The translations under genes and the position numbers were made by a program. A stretch of DNA of 36,374 nucleotides from Hyphochytrium catenoides (Eukaryota; Protista; Hyphochytriomycota), in the NCBI GenBank assembly GCA_900088475.1, contig FLMG01004006.1:1-36374 (forward strand), given 5' to 3'. This document shows positions 15,240 through 24,700 of the stretch, piece by piece. The first letter of the stretch is position 1, and each line of letters opens with the position of its first letter. The notes under the pieces are model-generated. The model did no database searches and was not told where the DNA came from. It saw nothing but the letters and a program-made list of their open reading frames with translations.

Positions 15240-18200
15240 ATGGACGGGGTCGGTGGATTGCCAGGGTTCCTTCGTGTTGTTCAACAAGCTGCCCGATCCA
15301 ATTCCTCCGGCGGGGCGAGCCATGCTAATGAGAGGAAGGAGCCCGCTACGGGTCCTCAAAGTGACACCAATCCCTTGTTTGGGTCCAGGCCAGATCCCGA
15401 CAGGATAAAAGAAGCCCTTCAGACCCTCAGAGTGCTCTTTCCTGAATGGGAGGATGAGCCTTTGTTGACCCTGTTTGAGGCTAACGGTAACTCTACTTAT
15501 TTGACTCTGTTTGTCCCTCATCTATCTCTTCTTTTTAATTCGAGGTGTCTGTCGCCTCTTGAACGCAATGCAGCGGTATCTAACGCTATCCGTCAACCAG
15601 GCTACCATTTGGAGCCCACGGTGGATGCCATTCTGGAGATGTCTCACATTGATTACATCCAAAAGACCTTCCTACAACATCAAGATGAAGGTCAAGAAGA
15701 GAAGCAGGAAGTCATCATGGACAATGCCCACTTGGAAGAACAACATGAAGAGAATGAGGATGAGGTGCGCACCAGTAGCTAGACCTGTACTTGTTTCAGC
15801 TAATATATAGGTCTTTAGGATTCCTCCTTGTGAACTAGCCATCTTGTATGCCTCATGGCATTGACCTGTTTCTGCTTACAATTCAGGAACATGATGAGAC
15901 AGACCAAGACGAAGAGGAAAGGAAAGGCAGGTCTAGTACAGGGAGCTCGATGGAAGGGAGCGAAAAAGAGGATGAAGGCGGTCAGTCAATAGATTATGCG
16001 AAGGGGCAACTGTCAGAAGACCATAACCAAGAAAATATTGCGGATTCGGACTCCCTACATGCGGGGACTTCTGCTGATGCAGAAGCTAGGGGAGACGAGC
16101 GGCCACACTCCTTCCTCTTCAGCGACATCGACAGCCCTCCGGTAGCAGACGATCAGAGGGCAGAGAAAGAGGTGCGGAGAAGTCTGATTGCTGAGGTTAT
16201 GAAGCTGAAGAAGGCCGAAAGCGCCCAAGGCGAAAGTCAAATTGGCTTGGCACAGGTCGGACACCCTTACCATTGTCTCATCAACTCGAAGTTGGCGCTT
16301 CCTCTCTCTTAGCTTTCAGCTCTGGTCCACCGGTCTTCATATCATGTTTCTGATGCCATAACCTCGTGTGGCCGCGGCCCGGAGACATTTCACCAGGCAT
16401 CTTCGTCTTAGCCTTCCACTATCGGTTTGCGTCCTACGTTTCTTTGCAAGAATATATTAACAAGGTGGCACTAAAGATTGTATTGCTTCGATCCAAAGCG
16501 CTACCAGCTAGATATCTCAAATGCTTGGAAAGAACTGGAGCAAAAGAGCTACTATCCTGTATTCGAGTACCTCACGAGAGCCAGTAAGCTTTATCAGGAG
16601 GGGCTTCTCTCCTCCTCTGAACTCGACATGCTTAGAAGCATGCTCCTTAGCGGCTCGGAGCTCAGTAAAGATAGGGTAAGTTGTTAGAAGGTGAAGAAGA
16701 TCGAGCAAAGACGCCAAAGATGTTTACGACAATTTTTGATCATTGATACTTGGCCATTGACAGAGAGGTCGGGCGAAGAATATGGACTGTCTGATGAAGG
16801 AAACCGACTGGGAGGTGCTTGTTCTGAAGGCAAAAGGTAAAGTGTAAGAGTTCCTGGATCTTTCCTAAGAGGGATGAGCAGTGCAGCCACCTAGTGATCT
16901 CTCTTCTAACGTCCCGCCTAACCATTTTCTCGATGGTCCAGTAGTCTAACTGTACCTATTCACCTAGGCATACGGCCAGCTATCTCCATTAGGATAGTTC
17001 ACATCGCCCCTGTCATGTCTACGAGTGTGCTGGATACCCATCAGACCTATGTATGTGCCGTCCCTCTGCTTGAACAATCCTTAGCCGATAAGACAAGCTG
17101 ATCGTGTCGTTTGTTTCACTTTATGTTCATGCCCATAGCTCTTTACAGTAAAGCTGGTGGACTTAGAGACTCACTCTTCATGGTTGATTCGACGTCGGCT
17201 GAAAGAGTTCAAGAAGCTCTCTAAGAAGGTTTGGCCTCTCCATATCTGGCCTTTTGTTTTTGTTCTTTCCAGTTTCTTGACAGTTCACTTCCTCCGTCTG
17301 CCATCTATTATACGGACCTTTTGCACCTCTCAACTCTTTACGGCTTTCGAAGAGAGTGTCTCTCAAACTCTGTCTCTCTCTCCCCCCTCCAAAGCCTGAT
17401 TTCTTACCCATCTGGTTACCTCTCATTTCTCTTAGCTTACCCAAGTGGGCCACGGTGCTTTGAAGAAGGAATATTCTGAATTAAAGAATCAACTAAGCAA
17501 GGAGGATGCCGGGGAGCTCATTAGAGAGCTAGAGGCATTTCTAAGGAGTCTTGCGGCTCTTGCCACTCTTCCTCTCTCTGCCGGAAGAGCACAGCTTCTT
17601 CGTGAGTTCCAGAGGTTCGTGGACGTGACTTCGCGTGTCCGATCACTACAGAGCATACAGGTCCGACCCTGCTTCAGTTAAACTAAGTGCCTTAGCTCGG
17701 TATCTCTCTATCGACGCCTGCTTTATCTCGGCTCTTTCTCCTTATTGTCTCCGTCATCTTGGTGTTCTCCTGTTGGTGAGATACCAATTGTGTCATGTCC
17801 TTACGGCCTTTCTTTCGTCTGCTGAAGCTAAGCGAGGCCGAAAGAGTGAAAAACGCTGTGGAAGTTCATGTTTTCCGTATTTTGAACCAAGTGGGCTCCG
17901 AAGAACACTCCTTTCTTCAACACTTCCTTTCTTCCGTCATACCAGACCAGTCGGAGGCATTTTTGAAAAGGGTCGCACAGGTCTGAACCGTACTGTTGCT
18001 GCTGTTGGATGTCGTGATCACTCTTGCAAGGAGGTTTTCCCTATGCCCATGCCAATGTGTCTTGTCTGGTCACACACAGCATCCTGTTGTTCACAAGCTA
18101 CGCCATCACCGCTATTTCTGCTTCATGTTAAGTGTAACGAAATTTCCTTAGGTTATGGACAGGGTTCAGGACCATCTCCTTCGTTCTAAGCTTGAAGGAT

Positions 18201-18999
18201 TGGTCTTCCACTACAATCGTCTGACCGAACCACCATCCCCTGATGATATACACCAACAAATCTCTGATGTTGTGCGGTACCAAGTGGAGGAAACGATTTT
18301 TATGCCTCTTAGCGTCAACATTAGAAGTGCAGTGAGGCGAGTCAGGTAAGAGGTTGGCGTCCTTACCGTCAATACATGGGCGGAGGTCAGGAAGGAGAGA
18401 AGAAGTAGATACATAAGCTGAGGCCAACGAGATGTAAGCCGGTTGTGGGAAACGTTATGGGCCCCGGGTGATGGGAATATGGCAATCAAGCGCAGCAACG
18501 GCTAAAGGCGGAATTCTAGGCAGAAATCGCTTGTTTGACATTGCATTTATTCTACAGACAAAGGGATTATGACTTCATAAAGAAGGCCACGGCACTGCAG
18601 TCCCAACCCCAGAGCTTCTTCGGTATCGACATTCTTTACATCTCTGTAAGCGGATGGGAGAAGGCAGCCAGTGCATTGAAAAAGCTTGACAACCTTGACC
18701 TTCCTTGTGACATGGTTCAATGCCTATGTAGTGTCGGGCATATTATCTATGAGACACATCAACAGGAGCATGCTTTACTGGAGTCTGCTCCTGAAGAGCC
18801 AGGCCAGGTGGTTGTCATCAGCGGGGACAGCCTACTGCCAATATTTATCTACGTGCTCATCCAGGCGCGACTAACCCATCCCCTCACTACGTTGGAGCTA
18901 ATGGTGACCTTTTGTGACCATGATAGCCGAGTGGGGGAGCGGGGCTACTTTTTGGCCACCTATGAGGCCGCTATCCGTCACATTGAGCTTTCTTTGTAG
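15240..18999 (+). CDS. VPS9-domain Rab5-family GEF with N-terminal CUE and central PX-like domain, ~11 exons
   Basis: Exons ~15240-15486, 15601-15764, 15887-16255, 16508-16675, 16764-16836, 16968-17050, 17139-17228, 17435-17660, ~17828-17980, 18152-18345, 18558-18999. CUE: LQTLRVLFPEWEDEPLLTLFEANGYHLEPTVDAILEM. PX-like: TYLFTVKL...WLIRRRLKEFKKL...RELEAFLRSL...FQRFV. VPS9: LPCDMVQCL, ISGDSLLPIFIYVLI, GERGYFLATYEAAIRHI. Confidence 0.87.
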
Positions 19000-19140
19000 C
19001 CTAGTCTATGATTGTTGCAGTTAGAGTTTTATTTACCGCTTTGGTCGTCCCATGTTTACTTTCACCTAGAGCGGAAGGCGTCTGCAGTGGATACGCCACA
19101 CTCCACCATTGACAAGTTCCAGCTTCTCTTTGCGACTTCG

Positions 19141-19226
19141 TTATATAGCGAGGGACATACCTGAGACACTTTTAAGCTCCACTTTATATAGCGAGGGACA
19201 TACGTGAGACACTTTTAAGCTCCACT
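19141..19226 (+). repeat. 43-bp tandem duplication (2 copies, 1 mismatch)
   Basis: ttatatagcgagggacatac(c/g)tgagacacttttaagctccact at 19141-19183 and 19184-19226. Confidence 0.95.
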
Positions 19227-19549
19227 TCTAACTAGTCCTGGGCTGTTTGACAGCCCGATTGATTGGATTGTCGTTCTTAGTTGCATTGTAGGATTGACAG
19301 CCTAATAAACCCGTGGTCTGTCGATCCTTTCTGCCATTATGCGGGGAACACAGACTCGAACCAGAGACTGCTCCGTCCGTCCCAGTATCCTCTGTCTCTT
19401 CTAACATTCTCTTTTGAGTTCGCCAGGGTGAATTGCCTGATTAGCGACGCTGCAGCCTCGAGGGTCAGCCACCATGCGCTCTTTCTCTGCCAGTCTAGAA
19501 CTAAGATCCATCAGGGGAGCAAGATTTTTTCATCAAAAGGCGTGTGGCT

Positions 19550-20411
19550 ACCCGTTGTGACCGACCGACGCTCGCCGCTGCTCCAGCAACCGCAACCCAT
19601 TTGTACGTCACCATCAAAGCAATGCCGCGGCACGACGGCTCATCATGCATAACCACGAAAAGCGGATTGCTGGGGAAGAGAGGGAGGTAAGCAAGAGAAA
19701 GAAAGCATATCAAACAGCGCAAGAGAGGGATATAAAGCATCGTGCATTTTTCGCCCAATAGATTATGAATGCCAACCCTGTGGTGTACTCTCAGAATCAC
19801 TTGTACCTCGATCAGCACCTCCGGCGATGACTGGAACACGCAGAATATATGTGGAAGGACGCGGTAAGGTTAAGGCTTTTGTATGATTAGAGTGCCAGGC
19901 CGCCCCATGCATGGGTGCACCCGCGTCATCTTTCGTTCGCGAACATGCAGGAAAATGGATATTGATGAGGACTACTTCAGCGAGGTAGGAGATTGGTATT
20001 GATGAGGAGGGTCAGTTCACCTCTCAAATGATCTTACCTCGCTGAGCTAGTCCTCATCAATATCAATTTTCCTCATGTTAACGAACGAAAGATGACGCCA
20101 CCGCGACTTCCACATATTCTCTGCGTGTTCCAGTCATCGCCGGAGGTGCTGATCGACGCTCAAAGTGATTCGGGCAGTACATGACGGGGTTGGCATTCAT
20201 AATCTATTGGGCAAAAAGTGCACGAAGCTTTATATCCCTCTCCGGCGCTGTTTGATATGCTTTCTTCCTCTTGCTCACCTCCCTCTCTTCCTCCGCAGTC
20301 AGCTCTTCGTGGTTATGCATGATGAGTCGTCGTGTGGCGGCATTGCTTTGATGATGACGTACTAACGGGGCTGCGCACCAGCAAGCGGCGAGCGTCGGTC
20401 CGTCACCGGGT
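19550..20411. repeat. Long imperfect inverted repeat (fold-back) with ~40-nt loop
   Basis: Left arm 19550-19990 is the reverse complement of right arm 20032-20411. The ORF track shows mirrored peptides on opposite strands (VGIHNLLGEKCTMLYIPL vs VGIHNLLGKKCTKLYIPL; TDRRSPL twice). The left arm carries a ~56-bp insertion. Confidence 0.95.
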
Positions 20412-21490
20412 GTCTCGGGGAAGCTAAGACGGTTCCTCCGTGACCCCTAATCAGAGTAGTGCGATGATCATTCCTCAGCGAGAGGGACATTTTAGGTGTC
20501 AGACCTGACCATGTCGTCGCACCACTTCTGAGAGTAGGTGCTTGGGCAGGAGCGGACATGATGGCCTCTCCTGCTGCTGCTGATAGCCTTCTACTGCTAC
20601 TAATAGACACCATTCGAAGAGCTGGTTGGTACTGTGGGTCATTGATGAGAGATAAGTGGAAGCTTGTGATCGTAGCGGCGGCGGTAGTCGTGTCAGGGCG
20701 GCAGAGCACGGTCGCGGCGCAGTTTGGTATAGACAGCAAAGCTGAAATGAACTATATTGAAATGGAGACTATTCTGCCGCAATCACCTTGTTCTCAACCT
20801 AACTATCCACCACGTCGGTGGCGGCCCTGCTGGCGATAGACTGGCAATGATGGGGTGAGATTATGCTGCATTTCCGACCTCATCGTCGACCATTCAGAGC
20901 TGCTATAACCCTCTAGATGGTAAGTAGCGCTATCATTCCTACTACCACCATTCAATCTGAGTATCCGCGCCGCCCCACCGACGCCGCACGCAGCATGAAT
21001 TGCTATTGCCATTACGAAGTCCGTCCTCCATCTCCACCGCCACCACCTCTCTCCCCCTCTCCTTGAGCCTTCATCCAAGCGCACTCGCTCCTCATCAGAG
21101 GATCATCAATAAATCTCTGCTGGAGTTCGTCAACAGTCATCGTGTACACTACAGGATCCACAGGTCACGACCGCTTGAGAAGCTGCGGTGGATGATATTC
21201 CACCACAGGTTCGTGGACCATGTAAGGCATGTTTGGCCACCGACATCAAAATGGTGGTATGTATACCAATAGGCACGGGATCATCTTTGATTTTTATTGT
21301 AACGGCCTAATATTGCCGCTAACCGCCAGGATGCCTTAGACTCGATTATCGCTCTCTGATAATCACGAAGGTACGAAGGGTTAGCGTTGTAACGCCCCAT
21401 CACTTCGACCTTTGGATCACTCCTCCTACCGCTGCCGCCACCACTATCGATCAGGTGCACTTCCCTGCCGTCCGAGCGGGTGGCCAAAAG
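20032..21490 (-). mobile_element. Possible decayed repeat/retroelement (gag-like?) remnant
   Basis: Intron-free stretch without microsatellites, with fragmentary stop- and frameshift-interrupted coding-like segments on the minus strand (e.g. GRYNANPSYLRDYQRAIIES; VYTMTVDELQQRFIDDPLMRSE; EELTAEEEREVSKRKKAYQ). Part of it is duplicated in inverted orientation. No RT, integrase or transposase motif was seen. Confidence 0.3.
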
Positions 21491-21755
21491 AAATCCTTCT
21501 TCTCTTATAGGCAGGCGCCTGGATGCATCAGGTCGTCACGGTGAGAGAATGTGTGGGCTAGAGCGCGCCTAAGTACTCTGTGTCCAATCAAGGATGTCAC
21601 GCGAAGAGACAAGGACGTAGAAGAGCTAACCTAAGAGCGTCGATTAATTTTGTCTCTCTGTTGCCAGACCCGTAGTTCTATATTCCTTGCCGGGAAGTCC
21701 TGAACACTTGGCCTCACACGATAGCAATTCTTGCCCCGCGTACTATTAGGGAACA

Positions 21756-24700
21756 ATGTCAAAGGCGGGGTAAGGCTTCGACTAGTGCTGGTTGGCCCAT
21801 CCCGTGTTATTGACACCATGCCACTTTTGGTTCACAGGGAAAATATTCGAGTTTACGTGCGCATTCGGCCTATCAGCAGCAAAGAAAAACAAGATGGGCG
21901 CATCATTGTGACGACTGCAAACAGGCAAAGGAAGGAAGTTGTGGTTCACAATCCTAAGACGGATGCCAATGAGCCTCCAAAGACATTCACGTTTGACTCG
22001 GTCTTCCCAGACGATGCACACCAGGTGAATGGCTGGCGTTAGTGTCATTTCTTCTTTCTTGAGCCGTTGTAGGAGAAGATATGAGTGATCCAGTACCTTG
22101 GAATCCTTCGGTCCATCTTAGTATTCTGTTCTGTGCCTCTGTTGCGTGGCACACAGCGCGGACAGTCAGCTGCAGCCATATTCCCGGCCTGAGTCACCCC
22201 CCTAACGCTTTGCCGGTTCATGAATCTCTGCTTCCAAAATCTTCGGTTGCAGCATCGTTTCTCATTTGACAACTTCACTAGTCCTTACCCTGTGTCATTT
22301 GTATCTCTTCTCTGTCTTTCAGCAAGAAGTGTATGACGTGGTCGCAACAGACATTGTGGAGTCAGTAATGAACGGGTTCAATGGAACTATCTTTGCCTAT
22401 GGCCAGACTGGCTCGGGAAAGACTCACTCTATGGAGGGATTTCCTGATCCACCAGAACTCCGCGGGATTATCCCAAACTCCTTCAAGCACATATTTGATA
22501 AGGTTCGTCTCATCTTAGACCTATTCAATGTCTCCCTTCCTCTTTATATTCTCCTAGCGTGCCTGAATTGTGCTTCCCATTCGCTGTTTGTGCTGCTTGA
22601 TCACCTAGCATTCTTGCCGCTGTCTAAAAACCCTCTACATGATGTGGTTTGCATCGTTGGTCCCTACTCTTCCATAGCTAGCCTTAGCTAATGCAATCGT
22701 CTCACGTGTCTGTGGCTGGCCCTCTAGGTGGCTGTGTCTGAGAATAAGCAGTATCTGGTCAGGGCGTCATACCTGGAGATCTACAACGAGGAAATCAGAG
22801 ATTTGCTTGCCAAGGATCCAGCTAACCGTCTAGATCTTAAAGAGGTACAGAAACAGGCTCCTTTCACTGGACTAGCACAACTAGGGTCAAAGGAGGAACT
22901 CTAGAAGGGGCTGCCACTTTCTCTTTAGTTCCTTCCTTTGTCTTCAGACGACCAGATATTTCAGCCCTACAACCCACGCTAGACATCTGAGTCTCATGAT
23001 CTATCGTCTCTTCTCTCTCTCTCTCTCCGTCTCTTCTCTCTCCGATCAGAACGCGGACTCAGGTGTATATGTGAAGGACCTCACTTCCTTCGTGGTAAAG
23101 AGTGCAGCAGAGATCGACCAAGTAATGCAAGCTGGAAAGAAGAACCGCAGTGTTGGGGCTACACTGATGAACCAGCAGTCTTCTCGCTCCCACTCCATAT
23201 TTAGCATCGTGGTGGAGTGTCAGAGCAAAGGGCTGGATGGAAATGAACACATTTGCGTCGGGAAGCTCAACCTGGTAGGACCGCCTAGGGGAGGTAGCCT
23301 AGTGAAAAAGACAGCGGCGAAGCGAAGAAGGGAGACAAGCCAAATAGAGAAGATGTCAAGCGCTGAAAGAGAGAGAGATTCAAGAAACAGAGATAGGGAA
23401 AGAAAGAAAAGAGAGAGAGAGAGAAAGAGAGAAAGAGAGAGAGAAAAGGGGGCAGAGGAACCAACCAGTCAAAGACCCTCAAGTCTCTCCAATTTGATAA
23501 GCCAAGGACGCTATGTCGCTGAGAAATGATATTGGCCAACCACTAGAAACTTATTGGGCTGAGCCCAAATGAGAGTAGAGAGCAAAAAGTGAGGGAGACG
23601 AGGGAACGACAGAAGGGCACCGTGGTAGAAAGAATCATTCTAAAGCTCTTAGAGAGACTGCGGGTCCTTGCTAACTGGGAGGATGTTAGGTGGATCTGGC
23701 AGGTAGCGAGAGGCAGTCAAAAACCGGAGCGACGGGCGACAGGCTAAAGGAGGCGACAAAGATCAATCTCTCTCTCTCAGCACTTGGTAAGATTCTCCAC
23801 GTTGTCTAGCATCGAGTCATGAGCATTCTACGGAAGTATGGGCAATGAAAAGGAAGGGCAAGAGGGGAGAGAGAAGGCCTAGAGATACTCAGGAAAAGCG
23901 CGAAGGAATAAGCATGGAGACGTGTGGACAGAGCCGAGGCTGACCGATCTATTCTCTAACAATTGCTTCTAGGAAATGTCATCTCTGCTTTGGTGGACGG
24001 CAAGTCCCAGCATATCCCGTACAGAGATTCCAAGCTGACACGTCTTCTTCAAGACAGTCTGGGAGGTACGGCAGACTCTTCCTCTCACCGGGATCGGTTC
24101 ATTTGAGGCCTCCTGTGCCGTCTTTACTCTCTCTTTCTCTCCTTCCCGAATAGGCAGCGCTGCCTCTATCTCTCGCTTCTTCCCCACTATCATCTCTTCC
24201 GCCCCCTCCCTCTATCTCTCTCTAATTAATGTGAGTGTCTCGTTCTCTCTCGTTCTCTTCTCCTGCCGCTTTGGCAAGCCTTGACCCATGAAAGACTGCA
24301 TCTCGGTGGCTTACTTTAAAAGCTGTCTCACAGGCTTTTCTTCTCACGCTGTAGGTAACACAAAGACTGCGATGATCGCGAACTGTGGCCCCGCAGATTA
24401 TAACTATGACGAGACCGTGACGACTTTGCGGTAAGAAAGTAGGACGGCTGAGAAAGATGAGAGCATCTTTCTCTCTGACCAGCAGATAGATGAGCTTTTC
24501 TTCTCTGGCTCTGCCCAATCGTGGGGTTCGTCGGCCTGCTTTCTCGCGGTAACAGCTTTGCAGCCTTAACCTCCGCATGTCTCCTTAACTCAGTAATGTA
24601 CAGTCTTCCTAAGCATGTGCTGCTGTTCTCTCTCTGCCGGCATGTGCGCTTAGGTATGCAAATCGCGCCAAGAACATCAAGAACAAGCCGAAGATCAATG

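Noticed and set aside
18454-18468. GTTATGGGCCC resembling a copia primer-binding site
   Set aside because: It lies in a short VPS9 intron with no LTR or gag/pol nearby, so it is likely a chance match.
19141-19226. CRISPR-like repeat
   Set aside because: Two abutting copies with no spacer, no cas genes and a eukaryotic context.
19550-20411. Strand-specific G:U bias implying selection on hairpin RNA structure
   Set aside because: The hand count in the 186-nt core gave about 7 plus-strand wobbles, 6 minus-strand wobbles and 6 true mismatches, so there is no bias.
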